63,947 nucleotides of DNA, filler included, from Hyphochytrium catenoides (GCA_900088475.1; 4 parts of 4 records of this genome joined end to end with filler, not necessarily neighbours in it), one strand, 5' to 3'; numbered from the whole stretch's first letter, positions 48,608 through 62,232 are shown. Notes: generated from the sequence alone by a model not told the origin. Made by a program: numbers and translations.

Positions 48608-49376
48608 TACCGTTTCTCTCTACCGTCGCTCTCTTCATTATGACGTTGCTTCGGGCCATTGCTTTCCCGTGCATAAATGTCTTTGTCATTATTCTCTGTG
48701 CTTGTTGTGTGTGTGTTCTGTCTTGTATCTTTCTTTCTCTTGATGTTTCTCTCTCTCTCTTCTCTCCCCTCTTCCCTACTTTAGCCTTACCTGTACCTTC
48801 GAGCGGCTTTGGACTCTTTTAAAAGTGCCAAGGTTGCCTTTGAGCACTGCCTGCAAATTCCTATCCCAGACCATCTCAGAAGCAAGGAGGAAATGAAGAC
48901 AATGACTAAGGTCTCTCTCTCTCTCTCTCTCTCTCTTTCTTCTCCACCTGCCCGTCTTACATCGATTCTATCATTTCTGCTTCTGCTTTCCTGCCCTTTC
49001 TCTTATCTCATTTTGGTTGGGCCCTTTGAGCGTCCTCTCCTCGTGCTCCACCTTTTCTTCGCTGCTCTTTGGCCCTCTACCGAATACTCTCCCGCTTGAC
49101 TTGCTTTGGTTTTTCTCTATTGTCATTGTTTCTCCAGACCCTTCTCTCCTTTTCTCTTACTCTCTCTCTCTCTCTCTTTACTCATCCGTTTTCTGTTTCT
49201 AGGTTGCGGTGACAAACTCGGTCGCTCTTCTGAAGCTCCTGCAATCTCACAGCCAGACTACCAGGAAGGAAATTAAAGACAAAGGAGAGAAGAGAGAGAA
49301 AGGCAGAAAAGAACTTCCGGTTCGCCTGGAGTACAATGTGCATAAGATGCTCCCAGTCCTGTGCGCCAAGCAGTAA
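40615..49376 (+). CDS. NAA35: N-alpha-acetyltransferase 35, NatC auxiliary subunit (MAK10), multi-exon
   Basis: EDITE|...[52 protein letters not shown]|[24 protein letters not shown]|[19 protein letters not shown] and YNVHKMLPV. Confidence 0.93.
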
Positions 49377-51228
49377 CGGCGATGAGAGGAAAGAGAGAGA
49401 GACACGAAACAGAGAGAGAGAGAATATATCAGGACAGGAAGCTGACAATACTTTGTTCTGGCCGTCGCGCTTTTTTTTTCTTCTCTCTCTCTCTCTCTCT
49501 CTGTCTCTCTCCCGCACTCTCTATTTTTTCTTTTCTCCTCTCCTCTCTCTCTGTCTTTCCTCTCTTTCAATCTCTCTCTCTCTTCTTTTCTCTCTCCTGT
49601 GCTTTTGTTTCAATCTCTCTCTCTCTTCCTTTCTCTCTCCCTGTGGTTTTGTTTCTCTCTATCTTTCTCTGTCTCTCTTTCCCACGTTTCTCTTTAGCAG
49701 ACTCCTGACTCTCCCTTCTTTTCAAGTCCCAGTCTCCTTTTGGCTAATTCTGTCTTTCGTTAGCGCGCTCTGTTTCTCTATTTATCTATGAAGAATCATT
49801 TTTATGGGGAGGAGGTTCCTTCATTAATTCACTTTTGGCATCTCTTCTGTCGGTTTCTCATATAGCTTCCTATCTCTATTTCTATATATGCTATAGCTAC
49901 ACTTAAGAACTCCTCTGGCTATACCATACTCTGTCTCACTCCTGTGGCCGCTCTGTCACCCTTCTCTGGCCGCTCTGTCTCTTCTTTCCCTTTATATCAA
50001 GCGTATCTTCGTCTTTCTTCTTCCTTTAGTCATCACCTCCGCTCCCTCTGCATCAATGTGCAAGGCAACTAAAAGGACGGTAGGCGTTAGTTTCGGTCAG
50101 TGTGATTATAATCTGGATACATAGCTAACTTTGTGAGTCCTTAGTTTTGGGCACCTCCCCCATATTTTGCGAATCTGTCGTGATGATGAAATGGAACTGG
50201 AAATCCGAGAAGCTTCAGAATCAATTTCGCCCAGTTCCGAAATTGCAATAGAGCAAGGCTCCTGGAGAAATTTGAAGGTTCGCAAATCGCCTCAGCGGGC
50301 GGCCTGGGCGTTTTTTTTGATGATAGGCGCTCGCCTATTCTCCATATATATCTCCCGCTCTGTCTCGTCAGCGCGGGCCAGAATAATGTCTCTAACCTAT
50401 GTGGCCCTACGTCTTTCCACTATCACTCTGTCTGACCTATCTACTTCCCACTATTTGCCTGTTCTCTCTTTGCCAACGATATTTACTTGCCCTCTTTCCT
50501 GGTTACCTCTCTATTGCTTCTCTCTCATCTCGTGTTCTTGCCCGCAACATATTACTCAGTAGAGGTCTTCAATCTGTCTCCTACCGGATCATCCTCTGTC
50601 TGCCAATACCAAGCTGATCTGTCTCTCGACATCTTGATATAGTTTGTCTGTCACTCTGTCTGTCTCGCCTCTATCGTTTCTGTCTCCATCCCTAGCCCAT
50701 TTTCCATTTTACCTCCTAGGACACAAGGCAAAGCTTCAGAAAACATAGCGTTAAAGAGACTTTTTAATCTGTCTGTCTCCATCTATAAAAATCAACATGA
50801 AGGAACCAAGCACCAGAGAACAATCATATCGTTAGCATAGTAAGGACGATATCAACTGAAATCGACCGACTTAGGGCTGCGTGGCGCTCTTTCTATCTCT
50901 TCCCACTTTCAGAATGGGTAGATCTGTTCGGTCATCTCATCATCTGGGTCTGAACGTCTGATGATTCTCTTTAATCCTCTTGCGATCCTAGCGGTTACTT
51001 CAAAACGTATTGCCGCTTTTCATTTTTTCTAACGTCGCCTTTTGCATAGTGCCCGCTCCGGTGCAAGTTTGGTTCTCGTCTTTGAAGAAGGCATAACCAC
51101 AGCTGGAGGGGACATAGGCAGAAGAAAGAGGAAGTTCCTACTCTTGTCACACCTCTTCTTGGTTCCAATCCTCTCTGCTGTGACTCCCTGAATGCACTCC
51201 TAGTTACCAACTTATTCCATTTTCTGGG

Positions 51229-53489
51229 ATGTCCCCATGTTCGCGAGGGAAATTCAGCTCACGGAGGAGACAAGGAAAAAGGAAAAGAACCCCGAGGATG
51301 GAGTTGACAGAGTGCAGTAAACTCGCTCGCTTCCTTGTCTTTGGGACATACAGTGATGCCACGGGTTCAGATGTGGAAAAGGCAATGGAGAGAAGTGAGC
51401 ACGCCTTGAACAACAAGAAAAGAAAATGGCAAGCAGAAGGCCGCGAAGAAGGCATCTCTACAGAAAAGAGCAACCAGTGCCGTGAAGCAGCCACGATTTC
51501 GAAGGAGGAACTGCCACGAGCAGGCAGTAGAGAAGCTGAAGTCCCTCTCCCGTCTGGCGGCCAAGAAGGAGGGAGCCTACTGGAAGGGAAGAGAAGGATC
51601 AAGGATGAGGAAGAAAAGCCCATGGTGTCCCTTGGCGTTCCTGTTGCTACTTGGAGGTCACTCGAGGATGTGATGATGAAGATCACAACGTGAGAACTTT
51701 GAAGAGTATTAGTTCCAGTTTCTCCGTCTTGCGTGAATCTTTCTTTACCTGTTTGCACTTCTTTCTTTAATCTCTCGTAAGTAGCTCCCTTACCACCTTT
51801 CTTGTCGTATCCTTATATGGCCTTATGCTTCTCTCTTATTCTTCTTTCACTTGTTTCTTCTTCTCTCTCTTAAAACGGGCCTAAATCTGTGACCGCCCCC
51901 CTTGTAATCAGTCTCATATCGCATCTTCTTCGTCAATCTTCTTCGCTGAAGACACCTCTCCGAGTTCATGTAAATCTCTCTTCTGCATCCCCATGCTCGT
52001 CTTTAGAGACCTTCCAGAGTATCAGAACGAGATTGAGCACATCATTAAGGGCTACCGAGCTGCTGTTTATCGGGCGGAGAGAGCAGAAGAGTTGGAAGGC
52101 CGAATGAGAGAGAAATTCATCCAGGAAAAGGAGAGGAATGCCAAGCTAGAGCAGCAGAGCAGAAAAATCCGTCTAAGAATGGTGGACCTAGCCAGAAAAG
52201 CTGTCGGCGGGGGAGGAGAAGAAGAGAGGCGCAGATACAGCGCGCAAGCAGCAAGTGTAACGCCATTTCCAGCTCACGGGGGAAAGGGAAAATGCCTCTC
52301 GGGCAAAAATAGGAGGGTGAGAGGACCAAGAGAAAGAGAGAGAAAGCTTCTGATACTTCTCTTCCAGATATCCCAGCTCCCCATTGCGACTTCCCCTTCC
52401 GAGGTGGAGCTCTTCCCTAGCCTCTTCTCTTCCCTTTCTTCGTTTCCAGACTCATCAGCCCAGTCCGCTACCACTCGGCTTGAGGTTGGTGGGAACAATT
52501 ATGGAAGGAGAGGCTGTACATCTAGAAAAGAGTTGTTCTTTGCCATCGCCGAAGGGATTTTAGACCTCATCGCTGAGCTCATCGAGGTAAGCAAGACAAT
52601 TTTGGGAAGTTGAAAAACGTCGGGAAACGGCGGAAGAGGGAGAGACAGAGACAGTGAGAGAGAAAGAGAGAGAGAGAGAAAGAGAGACAGAGAGCGAGAG
52701 AGAGAATACTAGCACATCAAGAAATATCAGTGAGGAGAAGGAGTCTGTATCCTACCAAGCTGAGAACGAAGTAAGGAGAAATTTGTTGGGCTCTGGAAAT
52801 GATAGGCCAAGGATATAAGAGAGAGAGAGAGAGAGAGAGAGAGACAAAGAAACAACAAAGTGCTAAGATGGAAAAAGCGAACCTCTTTCAAACTCTCCTC
52901 CACTTGTCCGCCTGACCATTTGGCAGATGACTTTCACCTAATACAATCCGTCTGTGCTTCTTTCTCCCTCCTCCGTCTGTCTCTATCTGTCTCTCATTTT
53001 CTCGTGTTCTGCAAACATTGTAGATCAAGGATCCCTTTAGTTCATCATCAGGAGGGAAAGGAGAGAAGGAAGAAGATCGAGATGAAGAAGAGGACAATGT
53101 GGAAGAGGAAAGCATTCTCCTCTCTCTTCAGATCCTGCAGCATCTTGCAACCCAAAAGTCACTCCATTTGGCCATTGTCAGCGCTCGGTAAGGCCCTTAC
53201 ATGAGAGCTTCACGGGCCGAAGCGACTTTCTGTTTATTGGCCCACCGATCTTTTTTTGCTTTTCTTGCTTCTTTGACACTTTCTTCTTGTTTCTTAGACT
53301 CACGGTGTTTCCCTTTCTCCTCCTTTGCATTTCGCGCTTGATGGCAAGCAAGGGAGGAAGTCTATCCTCTCTCTCTCTGTCATCCTTCTTCCGATATTTC
53401 TTATCTTTTTGCTTGTCTCTTCCTTGGAGTGTTTGCACCAAGCAGGACAATTGCCAAGTCTTCCCTGTTCTCTCTCTCTCTTTCTCTCC

Positions 53490-53565
<76 letters not shown>

Positions 53566-54172
53566 ATCTTGTCTCCTTTCTGATAGAATTTTATGTCTCT
53601 CTCGGTGTTACTTTTGACTATTATCTCCTTTCGCTCTGCTTGCTGGCCTTTCACCTTTCATTTCCTTTTATGTCATTTCCCTTATCGCCTCGCTTCTATT
53701 CCTTCGGTCAGAAGCAGCATCGTATCAAAGCTGTGCGTTATTATAGGTAAGGAGGAGACAGGTGAGGCATATTGTGAGAGGGAAGAATGGACAGTCCAAG
53801 ATCGACAAGGGAGAAAGTTAAGAGAGAGAGAGGGGGGAGGGGGAGGGGGAGAGAAAGAGAGAGAAGGAGAGAGCAAGNNNNNNNNNNNNNNNNNNNNNNN
53901 NNNNNNNNNNNNNNNNNNNNNNNNNNNNNNNNNNAGAAAGAGAGAGAGAGAGAGAGAGAGAGGAAGATCAAGATGGGAAAGAAGAGAGAAAGAGCAATGA
54001 GGAGTGGCGAGAGAGAGAGAAAAGGCAAGAGATTACGGAATATGAAGAAAGGTACCAGAGAAAGAGTAAGAAGTGAGAGAGTGAAGAACAAAGAATTGAG
54101 CAAACGGAGTCCTCTCCTAGCCTTCATGTACACACAGTTCTGGAATCGGAGAGATACGTCTGAGATAGCAGA

Positions 54173-54221
<49 letters not shown>

Positions 54222-54524
54222 AGAGAGAGAAAGGAAAATGCAGAGCTTGAGGAAGAGAGACGGAGAGGGATAGACAGAGAGGAAAGAGGGGCAACTCCTC
54301 CGACCTCGAGCCCCGATCTTCATGTGCTGCAGCTCACTCACTCTCTTTCCTGGACGCTGGACGTTTCTCTAGCAACTACTCCTTCAGATGCAGTGCGCCG
54401 CCTGACCTTCGAATGCGTCATCTGGCTCTGTGCGAGGTATCGACGTATCTGTTATCTACACAGCGGTTGGACCTGTTCTCTCTTTCCATCTCCTTCTCTG
54501 TTTCCTCTCTCTTTTTTTCGACGT

Positions 54525-54561
<37 letters not shown>

Positions 54562-55330
54562 TCTCTCTCTCTCTTTCTCCCTCGTCCTCCGTCTTTCTCC
54601 TTCTTTTTCTCTCTCTCTCTCTCTCTCTTCATCTTTCTCTTCTCTCTCTCTCTCTTTTCTCCCTCTTTCTCTCTCATTCTCTCTCTTTCTCCTTCTCTCT
54701 CTGTCTCTTCAACTCTCCCCGTCTCTCGCTGGTTCTCCCTCTCCGTCCATTAGCCTGAACTCCTATTCGTGTCTCTTTCCCCTACGCCCTACCATCCGCT
54801 TCTTTCTCTCTAATGCTTCGTCGATCATCTCGCCTCTATGCGGTTCTCGCACTCTCTCTTTCTTTCTCTTTCTGGCCTATCCAAGCCTCTCACTCTCCTT
54901 ATCTGTCTGTCTCTATCAGTGAGGTTGGTCGCGCTGCTTTGCTGCAATGCAATGTACTGGCTATCTGCCTGAACATTTTGAAAGGTAATAAGAGGCAAGA
55001 GATATTGCGTGAGAGAAAGAGGAGAAAGAGGGATGGACATACGGGAGCGCGAGAGAGACAAAGAGAGAGAGAGAAGAAGAGAGAGAAAGAGAGAGAGAGA
55101 GAGAGTTAGTATTCAGCTCAGTTTCTGATCTGCTTCACTCCCTCCTCTTCGGTTCCTATCAATTCCGTTTCCAACGCTTTTGTCAAAGTCGTTATGTCTT
55201 GCCTTTCCTCTCTCTCTCTTCTTATGTTGTTTGTCCTTGATTCTATCTCACTCGGTCGGCTCCTAACCTGCCCTTTGTCTTTTCTGAGTGCTGTGTCAAT
55301 TTTAAGTGCTCCATTCTCTTTCTGTCACTT

Positions 55331-55379
<49 letters not shown>

Positions 55380-55907
55380 CTCCCGTCTTCTCTCCTTTTA
55401 ATCCTGGCTTTGTCACTCTCTGCTCTTCTTCCGTTTCTCCCTCTCTCTCCCTTCCTGTGGTGTCATCCTACTTAATTCTCTCCATCTTCCAAGCGTCCCT
55501 ATCTTCCTCCCTCTCCTGCCTTTTCTTCTTTCCTCTCTCTCACTCTCTCTTTCTCTCTCTCCCTCCCTGCGTCTGTCTCCCTTTCTTTCCTCTTCTCTTT
55601 TGCGCCACTCTGTTTCTCTCTCTCTCTTTGGGCTGGCATAGCTCCCGCCTCGCAGACTACTGACGGGTCAATCATTGACTGTCTTCGGGTGCTGAAGCTC
55701 CTCACGGCCCATCCTCCAACCTCCTCTCCAAATCTCTCCTCTTTTTCTTCTTCTTCTCTCTCTCTCTCTCCCAGTCCTTTCTCTCTCTCTCCTACCTCGT
55801 GGTGGGAGACGATCGACTGTCTCCTTCTCCATCAGAATCAGGAGGTGGTGGCCTGGGCCGGGGCACTTTTGAGGCAACAACAGAGACAAGTCTGGGGGAC
55901 ACAGTAG
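51229..55907 (+). CDS. Multi-exon protein with coiled coil and C-terminal ARM/HEAT-like helices, function unknown
   Basis: GT-AG-bounded exons of complex sequence: DLPEYQNEIEHIIKGYRAAVYRAERAEELE, IAEGILDLIAELIE, SLQILQHLA, SEVGRAALLQCNVLAICLNILK, LLHQNQEVVAWA. Start and exon set are approximate. Confidence 0.6.
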
Positions 55908-56672
55908 GAACTCTACAAGGGCTCAAGCCGTGGGAAGAGGTTTCTTTCTCTCTCTCTTCTCTCTCTTTTCTGTTCTTATTTTCTTTCTGTCTGTCTCTCT
56001 TTCTCTCTTCCCTGGTCTGTGAGGTTCCTTTTCCTCTCTCATGCTTTCCCCCACTTTCTTGTTTTTGTTTTCTCTTTCCTTGCAGAATGTTCATCGCGCT
56101 CATATGTTTCTCTTTGTCTTCTACCGCAATGCCTCAGAGGCTCTGCTCTCTCTCCCCCTCTCTCTCTCTTTCTCTTCTCTCTCCGTTGCTCTGACCTCAA
56201 CTTTGTCGCTAATTGCTTTTCTCTGTCCTCTCTCTTCTTCATATCTTCCTTTTTCACATTATTCCCTTCTCTTTGTCATTCCTTCCGTCTCTCTCTTCTC
56301 TCTCTCTCTCTCTCTCTCTCTCAGTGCGGCTCAAAGGCCCTTTCTCTCTCATCATTCATACGCCAACCCAGTCCCCTTGTAGGGAAATAGAAAGTAAACT
56401 CACTGGATTAGACTTGAGCTGGATAATTGGTAAAGACCAGAAAAGTGATAGAGAGAGAGAAAGAGAGAGTAAAAGAGAGAGAGAGAATAAGAAAAAGAGA
56501 GAGAGAGAGGGTGCTCTGCTCGGGCCGTTTCTCCCCATCCTTGAGGAGAGAGAACTGAAGAGCTATGATTAGGGATAAAGTAACAGGTTGCAGAAGAAAA
56601 AGAGATTTCTGCATCCTGCGCAGTAGTGTTTACTCTCTTCTCTCTCTCTCTCGTTTCTTCTTGACGACGGGC

Positions 56673-57323
56673 TTAGTCTTCCTCTTCTTCGTCATCATTC
56701 ATCTCCGGCTTCATAAAGTATGCAACCTGGCACAGCATGGGACGGAGAGAGAGAGAGAGAGAGCAAAATTGAGAGGAAGAGAGAGAGAGAGAGAGAGAGA
56801 AGGAGAGAGAGAACGCGCGTGAGTGAGAGAACGCGGGAGCGAGAGAGAGAGAGAGGAAAGAGAGAGAGGAAAGGGATAGTGAATTAGCAACTCCAAGCGC
56901 GACAGGTTCCAACCGAAACAGACAGACAGGAGAAACTCATGGAAGCCGAAGAAGGCTGAGTAAGAGAGAGAAAGAGAGGGGAACCAGAGAGAGAGAGAGG
57001 ACAAAGAGAGAGAGAGAAAGAGAGGAAAACGAGAGGGAGAGAGAGAGAGAGACCAATGAAAATTGAGGAGAAGGTTCTTCTGTACTCGTACCATATATCC
57101 AGCCCATAGGACAAAGGAGAGCACTGCAAAAAAGAGCGTGACTACAAAGGCGCCGCTGCCCATCGTTCCACTTGGGATTCCGCCGTTTTTGTCATAGTTC
57201 TCACTGCTCCAGCCGTGCTCCAGGACCACAGGGAAGCCGACCAACCAGAACAGAAGCTGGGACAGCAGAAGATTGCAGTCCGCGCCCTTGTTATCACGGA
57301 CAAATCCAACGAAAGTCTTCATC
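56673..57323 (-). CDS. 3' exons of a small membrane protein (MARVEL/CASP-like), acidic C-terminus; 5' part probably lost at contig break
   Basis: DCNLLLSQLLFWLVGFPVV...GAFVVTLFFAVLSFVLWAGYM|VAYFMKPEMNDDEEEED* joined by a GT-AG intron. Confidence 0.5.
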
Positions 57324-57556
57324 TTTTGTAAGAAGAGTTTCTTCTGTCTCTCTTGCTCTCGTTTCAGTCTCTTTGTCTCTCTCTCTCTCTCCCTTTGTCT
57401 CTTCTCCAGACTCACGCTTGCTTTGGAATAAGTTCTTGCCCTAATCTTTCTGTATCCTTTGGACAATAGATGAGAGCTATTGACTGGGAAGAATCTCTGG
57501 GTAGAAAAAGTTGGAAGAGAGAGAGACAATGACGATTATCCGAGGTGCCAAGTTTC

Positions 57557-57656
57557 NNNNNNNNNNNNNNNNNNNNNNNNNNNNNNNNNNNNNNNNNNNN
57601 TTAATTAATTAANNNNNNNNNNNNNNNNNNNNNNNNNNNNNNNNNNNNNNNNNNNN
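57557..57656. other. Artificial contig-joining spacer
   Basis: N44-TTAATTAATTAA-N44. Confidence 0.97.
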
Positions 57657-58717
57657 AGAGAGAGAGAGAGAGAGTTTTAGGGAGCGAGAGAAAATAAGCT
57701 AGAGGTGGTAATAATAATAGACTGAGATGAAGTGAGAGAAGAGAGAGAGAGCAAGGTAATAAACGTGAGGTAGGAAGAGGTGAGAAAGAGAGAGAGAGAC
57801 AAAGAGATACGGCACTGAGAGAGGAATTGATGTGAGACTGAGTGACACAGAAAGAGAGAGAGAAAGAAAGAGAGAAAATAGAATGAAGGAAGGAAGACTC
57901 ACTCCAGCAGACAGAGCTCGCCACAGAAGTGTGCCGAGGTGGGCCCTGCCTGGGAAAGAGAAGCAGCAGCAAAGAGATTCACAGAGAAAATAGGGGCAAG
58001 GAGATAATAGGGAGGGAAACGAGCGAAGAGAGAGAAGAGACACTGCGACAGAAGAGAGACTGAGAGAGGGAACTAGAGTCTGAAGACAGACGGGAAAAGG
58101 AAAGAAGGCCCCAGACGAGCAAGCGGAGAAAGGAGACAGACTTCCTCTTGTCTCTCCTTCCCTCCTCTCGGGCCGTTTTTTCCCTTCGAAGGGGCAACAC
58201 GGACTGCAGAGAAAAGTCCTCGCCATCGGCGTTGCAGCTCTGAGAAAGATCAGAAAGAGAAGAAGACCTGCTCTTCGTTCTCTCTCTTCCATCTCTCATA
58301 GCTAACTTTCCACTGTCGATAGGAAAGAGCGCTTGCTCTCTCTCCCCTCGTGTCCAACTCTCATCTGCCGCCTTCTCTCCTTTCCTTTGCTCCTTTCTTT
58401 CTCAAAGGTTAGTCTCTGAACTCACCACCAAAGCCATTGCACATCAGCTCTCTTTTTCTCTCTCTCTCTCTTCCCCATTCGTGCTCTCCCCTTAGGAGAG
58501 AAGATACAAGGAAAGGGAAGAAAAAGTGAAAAAGCAGACAAGCTCTTCTCTTTCGCTCCCACCCTATCCTTTCCCCATTTCTCAACCTCCGAAGAGAAGC
58601 CTCTCTTACTCTTTTCCCCTCTTTCTTTCTCTCTCTCTCTCTCTTCCCCTCTTTCTCCCCTTCTTCCTCTCTCTCTCTCCCAATCGCCAAGGCTAACTCT
58701 ACGAGAGGGCAGACACA

Positions 58718-59275
58718 ATGTCGAACCAACGAGAGTATCCTCCCCGTAACCGGGCAAACTCTTACTTCAGCCCAAAGCTGGAAGAGAGAGGACTGAAAAA
58801 TAGCAAAGGAGACCACGGCGTCTTCGCGATAAAAGACGTCAAAGCAGGCGAAATGCTCATGTTCTGGGGCGGAGACGTCTACACCGGGAAAGACCTGTCA
58901 GAGATGCCGCAAGAGGTCCGGAGCATGTCCGTACAAGTGGAAGAAGATCTCTATCTGGTCTCTACGAACCCTGGACCTGGAGATTGGATCAACCATTCGT
59001 GCCAGCCAAACGCAGGGATCAAGGGACAGGCTGCCGTGGTGGCAATGCGGGATATCAAGGCTGGAGAAGAGATCTCTTATGATTATGCGATGACGGACAG
59101 CAGTCCTTACGATGAGTTTGTCTGCGCCTGTGGCGCGCCAGGCTGTCGGAAGATGGTGACCGGAGAAGATTGGAAGCTGCCTGAGCTCTGGATGAGGTAC
59201 AATGGATACTTCTCCATGTACCTGCAGAGGCGTATTCAGAGTCTTACACCGGAGGAGGGCCCACCAACGCCGTAA
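58718..59275 (+). CDS. Stand-alone SET + post-SET protein-lysine methyltransferase, bacterial type, intronless
   Basis: HGVFAIKDVKAGE, INHSCQPNA, AMRDIKAGEEISYDYA, CACGAPGCR, followed by TGEDWKLPELWMRYNGYFSMYLQRRI. Confidence 0.95.
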   Translation: MSNQREYPPRNRANSYFSPKLEERGLKNSKGDHGVFAIKDVKAGEMLMFWGGDVYTGKDLSEMPQEVRSMSVQVEEDLYLVSTNPGPGDWINHSCQPNAGIKGQAAVVAMRDIKAGEEISYDYAMTDSSPYDEFVCACGAPGCRKMVTGEDWKLPELWMRYNGYFSMYLQRRIQSLTPEEGPPTP

Positions 59276-60233
59276 GGGAGAGAGAGAGAGACAGAGAGAG
59301 AGAGAAGAGAGAGAGAGAGTCAATGATGGTAGATAGAAGAGCAAGAAAGAAGGAGGGCCTGTTATAAGAGAGAGAGAGAGAGAGAGAGGGCAAGATGAGG
59401 TCCTTACATGGTTGGAATGGAGGAGAGAAGAGATGCTTGAAGGAGCACTGGCCCTTCTGCTCCCTCTTTTCTCTTCACTGGGAGGTCGAGAGAGATGGTA
59501 TCCTCCGCGTATATCTGGCTGGGTAGGATACCTTCAACTGTTACTCTTGCGCTTTCTCTCTCTCTCTCTCCCTTGTCACTCTCCTGGGCTCTTTCAGGGA
59601 AAAGGAGATGGGAAGAGAGCTCCTCAAACTCTTTCTTCTTTCCTTTCCTCTGCAGTTGGCGCGTACAAATATTTTTGCTGTCACTGTGCCGCTCTGTTGT
59701 CAGACCATCTCACGGATCGTGTCTCTCTTTCTCTCTCTCTCGTTCCTGCTCAGCCTCATAGTGTCAGGTCCTCTACTAATAAATAAAAAGCAGAAAAAAT
59801 ACTCTTAATGACCGCTTGAGCCTATCAGGGCTCGTCTCTTTCTTTCTCTTTTCTCGGCATGCGCCTTCTCTATCTGCGCCTTCTCTATCTCTCTTTATTG
59901 TTCCTCCGCAGGCGTGATGGAGAGTTGTCTCTCTCCTGACTTAGCACTTGAGGGGAGGACTACTCGTAGGGAAGCCCATAGAGAAAATGGCGGGGACAGG
60001 AAGCTCTTCTTTCAGCGGCTTTCCACTCGCTTTGATCGCGTCTGGGGCTCTCTATATTTCTCTCTTTCTTCTTGCCTCTTTTCCTTGTCTGTCTGTGTGG
60101 TGTCTGTCTCCCTGTCTGTCTTCCCCTCTCTCTGTCTGTCTCTCTCTCTCTCTGTCTCTCTCTCTTTGTGCCTGTACAATTGCCTTGGTGATCCCTTGAG
60201 TCTCCAAACTTCCCCACATCTACGTCTCCCCAG

Positions 60234-60279
<46 letters not shown>

Positions 60280-60320
60280 CTATGTCTCTCTATGTGTCTC
60301 TCTTTCTTTCTTTTTCACTC

Positions 60321-60484
60321 TCACTCTCTCCATGCTGTTTGCCTCTGGCTATAGATCTCATTGCTTCTGTTGGTGAACTTGACCTCTAGGCGGAAGGGCC
60401 CGAGCGGCAACTGGTCGAGAGTCAGCGCCCGGGCCGCCTCTTCCCGGGAACTGAAGGCGACAAAGGCANNNNNNNNNNNNNNNN

Positions 60485-60533
<49 letters not shown>

Positions 60534-60970
60534 AGAGAAGAGAAAAAAAAGAGAGGGAGAATGGGAGAGAGAACGAGACCATTGGCGGAGAAAAAAAGAG
60601 ATCGATAGAGCTATGCATATATATATATGTAGAGAGAGAGAGAGAGAGAAAGAGAAACGGAGAGTTCCTGACTGACAAAATGAGCAAGAGGCCAAAAGAT
60701 GGAGGGCAAAAGCAGAAGAGAGTGAGAAAGCCACTCACAGATAGAGGGACGGTGATAGAAGTAGTGCGAGATCGCGCGGACTGACGGGAGAGAAGAGTGA
60801 GAGCACNNNNNNNNNNNNNNNNNNNNNNNNNNNNGAAGCAGGCAAACCTTGCAAAGCTTTACTTCGCCGAAAGGAGAGAAGAGCTCCACCAAATGACTTT
60901 CCTGCACTTGCGGCGGGAAGTTGCTGTGATGTGGGAGAGAGAGAGAAAACAAGACAGAGCGAGAGGGAGA

Positions 60971-61014
<44 letters not shown>

Positions 61015-62174
61015 CCGAGACCGACGAAAGGCCGAAAGATAGACCATGTTAACAGGGAAAGGTGGAGCTCGTGTGAGAGAGAGGAGGAGAGACGAGAACG
61101 CCCAGACCTGACATAGAGATGGGCTGTCTCATCCGCTTCATACTCCTGCAGGAACCGGCGGACTAGTATCGGCTGATGGGTGATGAGAGAGAAAGAGAAA
61201 AAAAAGAGAGAGNNNNNNNNNNNNNNNNNNNNNNNNNNNNNNNNNNGAGAGAGAGAGAGAGAGAGAGAAATTCAGAGAGAGAGAGAGAGAGATCCAGAGA
61301 GAGAGAGAGATTCAGAGAGAGAGGGAGAGAAATTCAGAGAGAGAGAGAGAGAGAGAATTCAGAGAGATTCAGAGAGAGAGAGAGAGAATTCAGAGAGATT
61401 CAGAGAGAGAGAGAGAAATTCAGAAAGAAGAGACGTAGAGAGGAAGAGAAATTGAGAGAGAGAGAGAGAGACGTAGAGAGAAAGACAGAAGAGAGATAGA
61501 GAGACACAGAGAGACAGATGATGAGTGAGACAGAGGTCTAGTGAGCGAGAGGGAGAACAGGGAGAGATTGAGACGGGGACGAGAGAGAAAACGAAAGAGA
61601 GAAGAAGAGAGAGAGAGGGAGCAAGAGAGCCTCACCTGTCCGTAGAGCGCGGTGCCACTCATGACTTCGCAGGCGTAACGGGCAGAGAAAGAGTCTGCAT
61701 ATTCCACCTCCGCTCGGTCACTCCGACGGAATCGCGTCTCCCCAGGCTGAGGGAGAGAGAGAGAGACCAAGAGAGAGTAAATACGGGCAAGGCAATGGGA
61801 GCTGGAGAGAGAGAGAGAGAGAGAGTGGGAAGAGAGAAGAGGGAGAAAGAGAGGAGAGAGAGAGAGAGACAGAAACAAGGATATCAGCCAAAGAAGAAAG
61901 AACGCGTTCAAATAATAAATGGAACGATCGCAGAAAGAGACAGAGAACCATTGGGGCGATGTATAAACTAACAAATGTAGAGAAAGAGACAGAGGGAGAG
62001 AAGAAGAGTGAAGAGATAGAAAGAGAGACAAAAGCGAAAGACAAAGAGAGAGACAGAGAGAGGATAAGGAAAGAGAAAGCAAGAGACATACCAACGGAGG
62101 GAGAGGACAGACAATAAGAAAGTGAAGCTACAAGGGAAGAGGAAGCGAGGGATCTCTGTGAATATACGTTACAG

Positions 62175-62232
<58 letters not shown>

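Noticed and set aside
50150-50330. Short inverted matches (tttgcgaa/ttcgcaaa) as a MITE
   Set aside because: Only 8 bp, with no target-site duplication and no second copy.
57890-58292. Possible 5' exons of a minus-strand gene divergent from the SET gene
   Set aside because: Splice-like signals exist, but there is no recognisable protein and the region is cut by the contig break.
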